64,000 bases of DNA from Ramazzottius varieornatus (Eukaryota > Animalia > Tardigrada), in contig BDGG01000008.1 of NCBI GenBank assembly GCA_001949185.1, forward strand, positions 1,776,761 through 1,840,760, read 5' to 3'. This document shows positions 26,696 through 40,286 of the stretch, piece by piece (within the stretch, counting starts at the first letter, position 1; each line of letters opens with the position of its first letter). The notes below the pieces were generated by a model, which saw only the letters and a list, made by a program, of their open reading frames with translations, was not told where the DNA came from and made no database searches. The position numbers and the translations under genes were made by a program.

Positions 26696-27788
26696 CAGGT
26701 ACGGAGCCGATTTTCCCATACCGATCCACATTACAACACATTCTAATCCCACCTACGAACTGAGTGTGTTATAGCCATGTGGACCAGTAGGGGAAGCAAA
26801 ATTTTACACTGGTTCACAAGCTCATACTTACCGTGGAATGGGCAAACGCCGGAATGGTGGGACCGCCATGTTGGCCAAAGTGGGATCTTCTCCATGGGAG
26901 TCTTGCTGACTTGCTCACCCGTAAACACTTTGGCGTCGGTGAGTCTCGATGTCTTCATCTCCGAAGAATATTTGGGACGTCGGCAAACAAAATAGATATT
27001 ATTTGCGTTCGAAGTGGCGCACACTTTCATTCAAGAACACTGGAAACATGCGCCACTTGTTAAAACAATCCTGCCTATCTTTTGTAACAAACTGTCCCAT
27101 TTTTGGAGAACCTAGATGTGTTTCTAATCCAACCTCAAATTTTTTTAACTCTCTTCAGAGCTGAGCCTGAAAGAGCTGGAGGAAGAGGCGCTTCGAAGAC
27201 GTCGGAGCTTTCACGAGAAGTTCTGACAGCTATGGGCCGAAGAGCTGAAATTGGTTCCGGAAGGTCACTCACGAACGGAGTTGCATCAGGGTTTTCAACC
27301 TGCGCCGGCAACATCTACACAGACCGTGGAAGAGGCGATCGAGAGCCCCCCGAACGAACCTTTACTCACCATTAAACAAGAAGAGCAGCCGTCCGGGTCC
27401 AGCCATGCCCGCTACAACAAAACTTCCTCTCATACCACAATCCGTTATGGTGCGGCGGGTAATCCTGTAGTGGCACATGACTCATATGCATAATCAGTCA
27501 GTCCAGCCTGTACTTGCTGATGAGTCACGCTCAACTACGGAACCACCTGCCGCTCCATAACTGGCTTCAATGAACTATTCAGTCTATTATTGATAGGCGA
27601 ACTCGGAAGATTTTGTTTTGGGCATGTTGAGGTCGTCTGATCGCATCCATGGGTGACGTCAATACAGCTAGACACGAGGTGGCACACAGTCTGGGTATGG
27701 TACCAAGGAGGAAGTGACGGCTTGTTGCATCCGCTTTCCACCTGTTCCTCAGAGCTGCACAGGTCCCGTTAGCAAGCTCAGTGACCCC

Positions 27789-28404
27789 TAGTGCTGGCAA
27801 AAATACGATAAAATTCGATACGATATTTTTCGATACAATATCGGCGGATTTATCGCGGTCTTCGATATTTATTCGATATCGATATTTCGATACGATGTTT
27901 TCCGTCACCGTATTTTCGATGTATTGTATCGTATCGCAGCGATATATCGATATTCCTGGAAGTTTAGTTCTTCAGAATTCCACTGGTTCAAGCCCAAAAA
28001 CTCAAGAAGGCGATTTCCACATAAAGTGTTAGTAAGATCGAAAGCGTCGGATGCAGCAAAGACAGGATTATACCAAGACTTCAAACACATGGAAACCTGG
28101 ACAGAAATAGTACCAGAACTGAATGGGTGGAGTGTGGTCGGTACACCATGGCCCAAACCAAGTTTTGAAATCAACCATGGTCTTCCGTAAACGAGATATC
28201 ACTGGCGAGTTTGCCATTCAGCGAAAAACCGATAAATCGAAAATATATCGATATGGTGCGATACGATATCGCCGAATATTTTATTGCATTATTCGATACG
28301 AGTTTCATATCGATATTTTCGATACGATATCTGCCGTATATTTTATCGCAAAGATTCGATATATTTCAATACGATATCGGTATACCGTATCGTTGCCAGC
28401 ACTA
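27789..28404. mobile_element. hAT-type non-autonomous element
   Basis: TIR TAGTGCTGGCAA / TTGCCAGCACTA with a perfect 8-bp TSD GTGACCCC (27781-27788 and 28405-28412). Dense subterminal CGATA/TATCG repeats. Confidence 0.92.
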
Positions 28405-28528
28405 GTGACCCCAAACAAGAGCCGTTGTCCAGTGTTGCAGTGGAATGGGTGTTCGTCGCAGCCTCTTCGTCAGACTTGAGCTGGTGGTCTCCCGATGATA
28501 CATGTGCAGTGTAAGAGATGCTGGATAA

Positions 28529-29060
28529 TCACAATTTCATGAGCGAGGAGATATGTGGATGAGATATTTTGAGGGCTCGAACCGGCGTGGTCGGCTTCGT
28601 AGTTGTTACATTCTGTGCGGGAATGCCCCGGTTCCTTGTAGATGGAACAAGCATGGATTTAGACACTGGAGCAGGTTCCTTGTTGCATTGGCCATGGTTG
28701 TGCCGGCGGCAGATATTACTCGGTCCCTCTTTTGAGGATATTGTCAGAAACTTGATTTGACCGCTGCGCTGGTCGTGGCCCTCAGTCACGTGCAACCACA
28801 TTTTGTCTTCGTGACGTCGTGGAGCTGGTCAGGCACGTGTGGTGTTTAAAGGTTGTATGGGCAGTAGACCACAGTTCGAGGTTCTTAGGTTGACGAGCAG
28901 CCATAGTACGAAGTCTTGCCTCATAAGCCAGCCAATCGTTGACAGGGTATCCGCGATCGGGGTGCGCTAGTTCGGCCATCCCGTTCAAATTCCTGCTCGG
29001 TAAACAGCGACTTGAGGGGCTGTTCTTGACAGGAGGTAGGAAAGGCGAATCACACAATAA
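28529..29060 (-). pseudogene. Relic of a DIRS/Ngaro-like retrotransposon gag
   Basis: NDWLAYEARLRTMAARQP..LWS, then ICRRHNHGQC and, after a frameshift, HACSIYKEPGHSRTEC. This resembles the W..Y+..FR..AA segment and C-terminal zinc finger of tyrosine-recombinase retrotransposon gag. No RT or YR could be recognised. Confidence 0.5.
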
Positions 29061-30307
29061 TTCATAGTCAGCCTTACGAACGTTTCGAATTCCTACGCGG
29101 TCGTGTACGGGTCTTTTCCTGATTACGACATCGTCATCAAACCCAGAGACTTAATCCTCGTCGTTGCTTGACTATTCAGTTATGGTTCTGAGATCAGAGG
29201 CTGGCCCTTTGTCGGAAAACTGGGAAGTTGATGGCTGGGAATTTTACTAGTGATGGGAAAAGAGTTAAATTTTTTCAGTTGATCCATCACTTGACCGGTT
29301 TTGTCGTCCTTCGACTGTTCTGTTGATGGGTTTACCAAGACCACCCCGGAGCAACCTTTGGGCGAGGGAGAAGTATTGAACGGTGGAGTACATTGTTTAC
29401 CGCGGTGTCTCGTGTCTGAGGGCTTGGCTTTCTGGGTGTAACGCTTGACAGGTTTAAAGCGCGGAGAAGTCGATGCGCCACTGACTGCGGCTATTGGCGA
29501 TAGACGCCGTTGCCGGTCACAGGTGGAAATGTTGGAGGCATGGTGTGAGAAAAGAGTAATAAATTTCCAGCGAGAAATGGATGATTAGGATGCATTCCAA
29601 TAATCCAGTTATTCCAAGGGATATCAACCAGCAAAGAACAGATGTGGGTAACAGAATCATAGACACTGGCCGCGGTTGCAGCATTTGCAGAATTCCCCGT
29701 CTATGGCGAAAGTGGTCCGAAAACGCTGGTCGAATGTCTCAGTCACGCGTTTACTGACTTTGAGACCATGGTCACGTGACGTAAAGGAGCCAGGAGCGTT
29801 GGTCGAGCAAGTACGTTGTTTGATGTATCGGGCGAGCATGCAGTGATGGTGTTCGGATGTAAAGATGAAAAATTCCCGAGATGCAAAGAGCGCGAATGAC
29901 CATGTGTATTAAGAATGTTCCGTCGAGAGAACTTCATTAAAATTTTCATGCGTGACAGTCTCTGCCGGACAGCAGGAGGAGCTAATACCCGGACACGGCA
30001 AATTAGTGGGGGGATTTAACGAACAACGAAGTAAAGTGAGCTGACCAGAAATGGTTTCTGAAGGACTTTAACTTCTGTATGCGAGGGGCAAGATGGGCCT
30101 ACGTCATCATTCTTTCGACCAATCAGAAAAAGATTCTGTGCATACACGTACCAGAACAGTTTCGGAAGAACGCCATGTCCGGCTAAAAACTCTGGGAAGT
30201 GAATACGCTTATCATTCAAGAACGTTAACTACAATTATCGCTAAAAATAAAAGTTTTCAAACGGAGTCACAGAAGTAAGAAATTTTACCGTAGCAGGGAT
30301 CGCTGTT

Positions 30308-30632
30308 CCCTGTTCGGGCGAGCCTCCGATCCGTTATGCTGACCATATAACGTTCAGGATCAGTCTTTGTTTGGTCCAGAGAATTCTAGAAGAATTTTGG
30401 GTTCAGTAAAGGTTCATATATGTAAAACATGTTTATGGGACATGAATATGACATACGTGAGCCAAACAGTACCTAAACCCGTTATGTGACATTCATGTCG
30501 CATAGGCATATATGTCACATATGTGATCCTTTACTAAACCCCAAATGCACCCCACATGCTCTGTAGCAAACCAACACTGATTCCAAATGTTATGTGATCA
30601 GTATGATGGATCGGAGGCTCGTCCCAACAGGG
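30308..30632. mobile_element. Foldback-type MITE (degenerate palindrome over nearly its full length)
   Basis: Ends CCCTGTTCGGGCGAGCCTCCGATCC / GGATCGGAGGCTCGTCCCAACAGGG. Internal arms also pair (CAGTAAAGG..CATATATG / CATATGTG..CCTTTACT; GACATGAAT / ATTCATGTC). Confidence 0.75.
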
Positions 30633-33112
30633 GTCCAGACCACCAAGTGTAATCTTCTGTGAAAGGTTTGTCCAAAGCCTAGGACTGATGACACGAACGA
30701 TCACCTAAGTTTCCGAAACAAATATATTAAACTGTATAGTTATGTCATAATCTTCTGCAGGGTCTTTAATAGACCGGAAATTCTTGTCACATATATATAA
30801 TAGATTTTCACGAGCAGGCAATAAATGTAGCCTTTCAACGGCAATAAATTCGAGTGCGCCACTGGAAGCCGACACCGAAGTTGACCAGGTTCATCAATCC
30901 ATCGAAAACCGATCGTACATCAATTCAGCGACGACAGATTGGCGAAACTTTCAGAATAGGTGTTAACGGAGTCAACGTAACACCTTCAGAAAGCAATCGT
31001 TCCTTCTACAAGTTCAGTGTTACTCGACAGGTGCTCGGCTCTGCTCCGACAGACAACGAGGCTCTCGCCCTGTGACCGCAGGTATTCCTCAACAGGAAAC
31101 AGGCTCACTAGACTAGGCTTCGCTGGACGAGGATCTTTCACCCCAACTAACGACCGATCCAGGACAGAAGGTCTTGCACTTCGAGGCCTGGCAACTAGCC
31201 CCGGCAAGGAACACAAAGGATTCAAACCGAAAGTGGATCAGACTTCTACCCTATCCTGAACAGGCCTCTCAGAGACGCCACCAGCGAGCTCAGGGCGAAA
31301 ACATGCCTCGCAGAGATGCCACAGCAAGCGCAGGGCGAAAAGGGAACACGGAAGCAGGACGGAACACGGGGAAGATATTACATCCAAACAATCGACATGA
31401 GTCAATCAAGAGCAAGACCGTCAGGTACACGCTAAAGAGAGAACTGACTTGTGTGCTTCTGGGAATGCCCAGAGGCTCTCTTGCTACATGCTTACCTGAC
31501 ATGGCATGACTTAACATAACACCGAGAGTCGCCACAGCCACTCCAGTGACACAGGTATGCACTGTGGTTAGTTCAACTACTGTATACCGCCATAACGCTT
31601 GGGCTAAACTTGACTCCCTTCGAACCCTGAAGCGTAACCATCGACATTTACTCATGGCGTTTAAAGTTCTCGTTCGCGCTTAGACATGTCTCTGTTCAGA
31701 TGCTCAAACAGGAACCATCCCGCCAAGTACTCCGAACAATTGAGAACTCGGCTGGACCCGTTCAGGAGCCACGTACTCCTGTAGTGAGAAGTCGTCCGAA
31801 TGGGACAAAAGGTAGAAGCACCTCTTTTGACCCCTCTTTTGGCAAGAGGAGCCGGACTGAATCTGTATTCAGTCCGCATACTCTGGCGGAGTATGCTTAC
31901 GCGTGCGATGACTTCAGTTCAGACTACGAGCCATCATTTCGCAAGAAAAACGCCTCCGACGGCCTCAGATTCAGTCTGGGAAGGAAAAGATCCGCAAAAC
32001 CTTAGGCATTTGTGCTGCCGGGACGTGCGTAACACGTGCAGAGTAATGATACGCAGCTCTCCCTTTTCTTGGGAATGTTCGCCGGTTAAGTATGCTACGC
32101 AACGTGTAGTTGCCATTTCTAGGCTAAGTCATTCAGAGGTCGTTGTATTTCGAGTCAACAGTAACTGCATTCTAAATTGAAATGTGTTTCCTGAGTTCAA
32201 CGAAGTTCGAAAGGGATATGTATCTGTAAAGGTTGACCAATTGTCCACTCGCTTACGAAAAATAATTGTGTTCGATGCGCAAAACCCATGTCTCACCAGA
32301 AGTCTTGACGAGTGCTTCTCGAAAGTTTGAACGGGCGCAAAACCAGAGTGCTCATCTCGTTTATTTTTGATAAGCCCAATAGACTCCAGCTCTTGAGCAA
32401 TTTCATTCACTTCCATTCCCCCAGTCAATGAGCGAGCCGACGGCGAGTAGCATGCTTCTTGTAATAATGTTATTCGGACGTTTTCGGCTCGCATGTTAAC
32501 CAAAATTTAACTCGATTTAATTTTGGTTAACGTGTGCCGACCACCGTTCTCACGGCACCACACCTTTTTTCCTGCCTTCTCATCCAAGTCTTACACTGTC
32601 CACGCTGCTTCTTATCGCTATGCATCACTGGTTTTTCGCACTCGATACTAGGTTTCTTATCAGTACTTTCATCCTCTCTGTACAACACAGTCTACATCCT
32701 CCTCGATCATGTTCTGCGCCGATGGGCAAACTTCATTTCGTTCGTTTTGCTTCCGCGTTCGTTCAGTAAGGCACACGCTAGTTAATTCAAGGCTTAAGAA
32801 TGCACGAGGAGGAAAGCATTGAGATTCCAAATGGCTAGACGGGTGTATATTTATCCGCGAAGAAGTTGACTATGTGGGTGAGACACACCGTCCCATGAGA
32901 CAAACGGTGTTCTGTCTTGAGTTCAACGAACACTTTGTTCAATTACACACAGTGTGTCACTGGAAACAAGTCTACGCAGCCAGTAGCGCGCCGCGCCGTT
33001 TTTTGCCTGTTCGATCATCTACGGTCGACGTGCCAGTTCACGTTGAAAGAATTATTTCAGGAACAGCGGAGTCTTAGATCCTAGTTCCATGAATCATGAT
33101 CCATGTCTCCGC

Positions 33113-33294
33113 CAGCGGTGACAGGGGAAATTCAGGGTCTCGTGGTCCGATTTAGCGCCCTCTATCGGTCTACGGTAGTCTTGTGGAGTCCGGGCAATCA
33201 ACTTGCCTACTTGTGGGACTCCACAAGACTACCGTAGACCGATAGAGGGCGCTAAATGGCCCTCAAGACCCCTGAATTTGCCCTGTCACCGCTG
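33113..33294. mobile_element. Palindromic hAT-type MITE
   Basis: About 80-bp arms starting CAGCGGTGACAGGG, including a long perfect stem ATTTAGCGCCCTCTATCGGTCTACGGTAGTCTTGTGGAGTCC. 8-bp TSD GTCTCCGC at 33105-33112 and 33295-33302. Confidence 0.92.
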
Positions 33295-34799
33295 GTCTCC
33301 GCGTTCGTTTATTCCACCTGATCTGGGCAATGAACTACCACACTATAGGCTGCGATCAATCGACCGAACCGATCTACTTTTCAAGCATGAACGCCAGATC
33401 GAGAGCTGAGACACGACAAGTGTCATGGATCGTACACGATTTTTGCCAAATTAAAATACATGACTTGAAACTCTATAACTATTAGGTCTGTCAGTATGAC
33501 TTTGCGGTTTTTCGGAGGGAAGTTTTGAAAACTGATATCCGTGGCTTTTAGCGAAATTTCTCGCTTCTTCTTTTCGTAGACAATAGTAGATACAATAGCC
33601 TTCTTTACAAGGTTTTGGAAACCCTGATCCGTGCGTTTGTGCGGTATTGTACGAGGATATTCTGCGATCGCAAATTTTCAAAAGTTACCTCCACCTGGAA
33701 TTCTATTTGTGGCCCCAGAAAGACAGCTAGAAATTCAGATACTACGGTAAACAAAACTTCAACAAAGACGCTTTCAAATGATCGTTTCAGTATAGGCAAG
33801 AACAGTCTACTCCATAAGAAAACCAGGTGGGAGAAAACGCTTCGAAAAACTGACATCGGATAAAACAAAACTACCTGCTCTCAAAGCCGGACGAAAGCAA
33901 AACTTTCCAAACTCAGAAAATGGGTAGCAAATACATTGGTGTACTCCCCAAGAGCTCTGACTCTTGGTTTCCTTCAGCAGTGATAGAGACAAAAACTGGG
34001 AAGTTCTCACCTCACTAAAGTGGCGCACGTCGACAACCGCAACTTTCCACCCTGTTTTGCACAAAAGTCCTTTTCCAAAATTCTCAAAGCATATCTTTCA
34101 AGGTGTTTTTCCTGCAGTTGACAGACCATCCTTAGTACTGCAAAACTGTCCTATCATTCCCGAATTCAAAGTGCGTGTTTCGCACGAAAATCTTTTCGAT
34201 ATGCTTGTGTATAGAACCGAGCCTCGCTCCTTCCGATACTTTTGTTGTTTCCTGTTCTCATTGCATTGGCCAAAATTTGCTCCTAACAAGTCGACAAGAG
34301 TCTGCTGCACAGAAAGGGCATTAGCTAAGTCTTGGAAGTCTGTACACGCGCTGTGAAAATATGTTTGAAAGTCTTTTGTTGAAAACCGCAAAGTCATACT
34401 GACAGACCTGATAACTCCGCACCGATTCCCCTGCCTTCATATTTCATCCTCGGAAATCTCGAACACTAGCAATTGTTTCTTTAATTTTTTACGAAGATCG
34501 CGCGTTACCCAAAAAATACGTCATTACGATATCACGTGATAACTTGTCGTGCTGCAAAGCGGTATTTTTGGCTTTGACTACTGGATTACCTCCCAAAATT
34601 CACGTACGTCACAGAAACTATTTTCTTCACGGAGACTGCAGATCGACGACTGGCATACCTGATCACGTGAGCATATTACGTCATTTCGGATCTAAGATGA
34701 TTTAACTTCGCCGTCGATTCTAATTCCTCGGACGATTCTTTGTCTTTCTGATGTCTCAAAACACCAGGCGGAAGTATCAGATATAGGAGAACCTGGAAA

Positions 34800-35847
34800 A
34801 ATTGTTATCGAACGCAAAATCTAATATCATACCGAAATATCGATATGGACGCAATATCGCTGAGCGGAATACGATAAATGAAAGTATCATATCGCGGTAT
34901 ATCGATATATTTCTGATATATCGATAAATCACAAACCCGTATTTGAGAATCGGAACTTCGAAAGTCAATACTCCGGTTCGGTACCGCGCAGAAAGCGTAG
35001 CCTCGCCTGTAATGTATCGCGCACATGCATCCAAGCTGACTTCGGAGAAGTGAACAATCAGCGTACCTAGGTGCGTAACGACAGACCTTGATAGATTGAG
35101 CAACGAACACACTCGCGTACACGAAGAGATTTGACTTCTGTTTTGACTCAAACGTAGTGAAGATACAGTGTGAGGCTATTACGTAATGCTCGCAGAGCTT
35201 AGTAAAATAGCCTTGCATGCGATTTCATACCTCATGTTATCCCATGTCAAACCATCAGGTGGTCTAACATGGGATTTTTGGGCACGAGCTGTCGTTGCGA
35301 AGCTGGTATCGTTCGTAAGTTTGTGTTTGAACCCCTCTGCTAAACTTTTTCACTGGGCAAAGTACAACATTAGTGGAGATAAGCTTGTGAATGGAATGTG
35401 ACTGAGGAGAAGCGAAAGTAGGTCACAGAAGAAGGAGATAAGGCTATAGCATCGCGTTCTGAATCACAGGGAGTAATTCAATGGTTGGGAACTTGGGATA
35501 CGCGCTGCCATCATCCCAGTTCCCGTTTTCTTCCCTTTTAGCCTCCCTCGGCGGCAACAGTACCCGTTAAGGTACCGCCCCGCGCACTGTTCTGACTCAA
35601 ACGTAGTGAACGACAGCCGTTTGGTTTCTCTGTGGCTCTTTCTTGATTTCGATAGTTTTCAACATGGTACTGGCTTGCTATATCGATATATCACTGCAAT
35701 AAAATTTGAGTAATCAACAATAAAATATCAGAAACGTATCATATCGAAATATCGATACGTGGTTGATATCTAAAACGAAATATAAATATTGAAAGATATT
35801 CATCATAAGGTATCATACCGTATTTTATCGTATTTATCCCAGCACTG
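34800..35847. mobile_element. Degenerate hAT-type element related to 27789-28404
   Basis: CGATA/ATATCG repeat clusters at both ends (34805-34925, 35680-35830) and a right end CCCAGCACTG similar to the TIR at 28393-28404. Left TIR not recognised. Confidence 0.55.
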
Positions 35848-38527
35848 TCAAGATGTGAGAATTATAAATTTACTACGTAACATCCACTTTTTGTCTTATA
35901 GTGCCAATTCGTCAATAATTTTGCACGCCATAGTATTAGAAAGTTGTCGATTGTTCGTATTAACAGCGGGTCGGTCTTATTAATCAATAAGAACGAGCAG
36001 GAAACCAATATATTTGTCTCTAGTACCGTGCAGCTAGTTACCCGCCGGAAACTTCCTGTGCTGCAAACGGGAAAGAAATCGAAAAGCAACCAGGAAATTG
36101 CTTTCCTCTTGATGGTTGTGCTCTCGAATAGCTAGCTGATCTTTCTTTACCTTATCGACTATTTACTGACAGTCGGGCTTTTGATTCGTGTTAAATTGGG
36201 ATGATGGATTCTTACAGCAGGTCTTTTCAAATCGCCCTGGGACGTAATTATACATTATTGTAACATATGAGCCAGATATGAAACTAATAAACGGATATGA
36301 CTGAACGATCGCGAAGAATTCTCAGAATGTCTTAAGGATGCTGGCCTTTATTCACCAACCTAGTCCTCTCGCAGGAGCGCCATTGTAGTACGTGTGATGA
36401 TCGATTACAGGTAATCAGTAATCGTACGGTAAACGTACCGTAACAGGTGCGGTACAGGAATTCGATATGCAGTAGCATGGACTGGATAATCAGTCTAACT
36501 TATTGATGACGAGATGATTCCGACGGGGAAGTGGGTAACCTTGTGATATGGATCGTGCTACAAATCAGCTTATCAAGGGATGGGTAATTGTCAGTTTGAG
36601 CACAATCGGGCGGTTATCCGTCAATTGAAGAAATGACCGGATTGTCACGCGGTGAGAAAGTTGCAATCTTTCTCTACAAGACACATTTCAAATTACGGAA
36701 ATTGGACGACGTGTTCGGGAAACACAAGGAAGCAAAGTAAAACCGCGGGTGCCCATGACCCATGAGAGTGACTGTATGCAGGTGCGCTCGATAAACAGTA
36801 GCAAAATGGGCAGCGCATGGTAAAACAACGAGATCAGTGCGCAGTTGGGTTTGAACAAGGGCCCAAATACCAATCTGGCACAAATTTTTCCCCGTTGTTT
36901 CTTGTAATAAAACTAAAATTGAAGTGTTTCAGAAGCCTAGTTAATCGAAAAAAGTTTCAATTTGATCCTTTTACTAATCTCAATTATGTAACAGTTTTAC
37001 TTCCGCGATCTCGAGGTCTCGCTAATCAAACTTGGAAACGGTCGCTCAGCGGAATCCACTTTAGTTATCGTCACCCACTGGAATTGAGAATTAATTAGTG
37101 GTATTCACACTCAGTAACGTTACTGCCACCGAGTTTCAGCAAAGGCTGCTATCTGCAAGGTTTCATTCCAGTATCACGTGAAATAGTAGGTTTCCACCCC
37201 AGAGTCCAGCAACAATCAGACGGATATTACTGTGGACCGCATTCTCTTGCGATCTAACTCTGTCCACTGGCTAATACTTTGGACACTGCGTCATAAGGTA
37301 GTCGTGGCCACTTTACGCTTGTGACGTATAAGTGACGTAGTGTACATAGTTTTAGCCAGTGGACAAAGTTAAGTCCACTTCCTTGTACTGTAATGTTTCT
37401 TGAACTTCGCGAATTACGGCATAGCGAGCGTGTGCAGTATGCGTCATCATCCTCAAACTTCACGCTGACTGTGACGTCAGGTCGCGAAGTTCAAGAAGTA
37501 TTACAGTACGGCGCGACAAGCAGACGAATAATTCGAAACACCCGTGCAGCCCTGCGCCGGAATGAGTGGTTGGCGTTTTTCTACATCTGTACCAATCGGC
37601 GTTGAGGCCGTTGTTCAGCGTATTTGATATCTGAGTATCTTGATACGAGAATGCGTCCAAATGGTATCTGACCAAATTGTTCAGGAGACCATTTTAAAGT
37701 TCCTGCGCCCAGAGTTAAACTCAAACTCAGACGTTCCTCTCCATCAAACAGACCCCGAGAAACACCAATCCGAAACCAGAATCAACTTTAAACCACAAGT
37801 TAGCACGTTATAACGAGCGAGGTGGAAGCAGCGAAAGCATTGGTTCTTGCTCAAATCAGCACGTGCTCGGTCTCATACGCAGTGCGCAATTATTTTGATC
37901 CACTAATCAATCATCAAGATTGTGGAGGCACCGCGCACTGCCAGTGCTCGGTGGTGCGCGTCTCCAGCAGAAGCTTGTTGCTGCTGCTGCCAAGACTGGC
38001 TCTGAAAACCGCTGTATTGTTCAAGTTGTAACCTCAAATTCTTCAGCCACTCGTTTCGGTTTCATCACTACGGCAAAGTGCGGCAAATCGAACCCGTGGT
38101 ACAGTTCAATATTTCAAACGACTTGATGTTGTAAAAGGCATTTCGGAGAGAAAACACTTTAAACGCATTCTCGTATGCAGACACCCATTTATGCTGTAGA
38201 CGTATTTTCCACTATAGTTAACCCATACTGATCTCAGTCAGGCATAAGAGCAGTTACTGCCTTCCTGCTCTTTGGTCCCCATCTCAGCGCTACGTTACCT
38301 TTCCGATTCTCCCTAACTTAACTCCCTCCAAAATCAAAGGCTGTTGCAAAGTCAGCCTGTCTACAATAGTTATACTCGCCTGAGTGCTCTATTCATTCCC
38401 AGTCACATCATTCCTACTTGTTCGCGAGCCGTCAGTCTAAAGCGACATTCCACAGAAGGAAACTGGTGAACAGCGTCTAGACTTAATTCACGTCTAACTT
38501 TAACTCGTCCAACCTCAGTCTCCCAAC

Positions 38528-39574
38528 ATGAACGATACTATCGGCGGTTTTTCCGTCTCGAACCTTACCATCCCCATCGACGCCTGTGCATCTCCTTCCT
38601 TTGCATTTACCTCTCCTCAACGCCTTGCCGTCTATATTTTAGCCATCCCCCAAACCATTCTTACCATTATCATGAATATCTTAGTACTGCTGACATTTGT
38701 TTTCAACAAAAACCTACGCACTGCCCAGCATTTTAATTTCCTTAATCTGGCTCTTTGTGATTTCATCATTGCATGTGTGGCTCTCCCTTCCCGCCTCACT
38801 CTGGATCTGCACGGATGTTGGCCTGCGCCTTACGCATTCTGTCGGCTCTATAAGCTCCTTGACTGGATCACCACGTCGGAAGCAGCTTTTACCGTAATCC
38901 TCATCGCCGTTACTCGTTACCGCATGATCACACGTGGCGCTGTGTACAACCAGGAAGAGACTTCGAGGAAGGTAATCAACCGGATAATCCTTACCTGGAT
39001 CATCAATATCCTGCTCTACGGACCTGTTCAGTTCGTGGATAAGTACACGCGTATTAGCATCACCGGAGTTGGCCAATGCAGTACAGAATTCTTCCAAATA
39101 TCCTGGTTGGGAAATTTATTGGTCTTTACAAACAATATCCTTCCGCCGGTAATCGTGGTTGTCATTTACGCCTTCGTGTTCCACGCCTTACGAGGTCGAA
39201 CGAACCAGATTGCTGCCAACCCGTCTAACGCTCAAAGTGCCGCTAACAGCACGAGACCGAAAGAGAATCGTGCTGCGAAGCAGGGAAGAGCTCTGATGTT
39301 ACTGACAGCGTCTTTCCTTCTAACATCGTGCCCTGTTGGGATAATCAGTATCGTCATGTTCGCTAACGACTCGCTGACGATCTTCCAGGTTTACCTGTTT
39401 CTCCTTTACCTGCTTTACTTCAATAGTCTGATGAATACACTTGTCTACACCAGTAAGGTACCTGCGATGAAGACGGGAATGCAGAAGTTGCTGTGCATGC
39501 GTCCTGGCACAGCCATGGACAGAATGGCTCGTGGCACGATTACAGCTGTCGAAACGAAGAACGAAAACTCCTAG
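38528..39574 (+). CDS. Intronless class A (rhodopsin-like) GPCR, orphan, aminergic-like N-terminal half
   Basis: 348-aa ORF with seven hydrophobic segments and N-glycosylation sequons NDT and NLT at the N-terminus. TM1 MNILVL, NKNLRT, TM2 NLALCDF, ECL1 WPAPYAFC, TM3 TRY, TM4 W, ECL2 Cys (QCSTEF), TM7 NSLMNTLVY. Confidence 0.9.
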   Translation: MNDTIGGFSVSNLTIPIDACASPSFAFTSPQRLAVYILAIPQTILTIIMNILVLLTFVFNKNLRTAQHFNFLNLALCDFIIACVALPSRLTLDLHGCWPAPYAFCRLYKLLDWITTSEAAFTVILIAVTRYRMITRGAVYNQEETSRKVINRIILTWIINILLYGPVQFVDKYTRISITGVGQCSTEFFQISWLGNLLVFTNNILPPVIVVVIYAFVFHALRGRTNQIAANPSNAQSAANSTRPKENRAAKQGRALMLLTASFLLTSCPVGIISIVMFANDSLTIFQVYLFLLYLLYFNSLMNTLVYTSKVPAMKTGMQKLLCMRPGTAMDRMARGTITAVETKNENS

Positions 39575-40200
39575 ACCGACTGAATTAGTTCGAGACTTGT
39601 TACAGCGAAGACTGTGCCGAGGCTTTTCACCTGAAACTAGCAATGTGGTGCCACTCTCTGCAACTTATCCCTGTCACTTAGCAAACTGGAAGTAGGGAAG
39701 GTTCGGTGCGGTGCAGTGATTTAAAGGGTGTTTCCGCCAAGTGGCTACCACTTCGTAATTTTCATGCTCTCTCAAAGCAGTGCGTGTTCGTCGTCACGAC
39801 ACTATTTTGCTGGTCGAACTTATGCTACCTTTGAATAAAAACTTGGCCTGTAAATATGTCCATGGGAAGTCAAGACTCAACCCGAGACTGGGGAAAGTGC
39901 AATCACGTAGCTGCTCCGAAGCGAACTTTTCGCTCCTTCTCCCTCCGGAGAAAATCTCGTCTTACTCATCCACACTTCTGTATTGAAACCGCTCATTCGA
40001 CGTTGTACAACCATGATTTAGCTCTTGAAAAAATATGCTGCGTCATCGTACCATCCGCCGATTGAATGATGGAACAATCATTTAGTAGAATCATGCCGAA
40101 AAATAACGCGAACGCCAGAAATAGTTCTCTCGAGATGGTTTTGGTCATTTACCGACATTCAAAAGCATGGACAGGTAACCAACTTTCATCTCCGTGGAGG

Positions 40201-40286
40201 ACGGTGAAGAACAGTGAAGAACGGTGAAGAACGGTGAAAGCCTTGAAAGTGTACTATCAATCGACTGATTGACTGATTGACTGATT
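40201..40286. repeat. Short tandem repeats: ACGGTGAAGA x about 4 and GACTGATT x3
   Basis: Read directly at 40201-40240 and 40263-40286. Confidence 0.8.

Noticed and set aside
27789-28404. Dense CGATA repeats suggesting a CRISPR-like or regulatory array
   Set aside because: No regular repeat-spacer period. It is bounded by a TIR and an 8-bp TSD, so these are hAT subterminal repeats in a eukaryotic context.
29650-34400. Numerous 60-130 aa ORFs
   Set aside because: No identifiable motifs, and they are interrupted by MITEs. Cannot be supported as genes without a database search.
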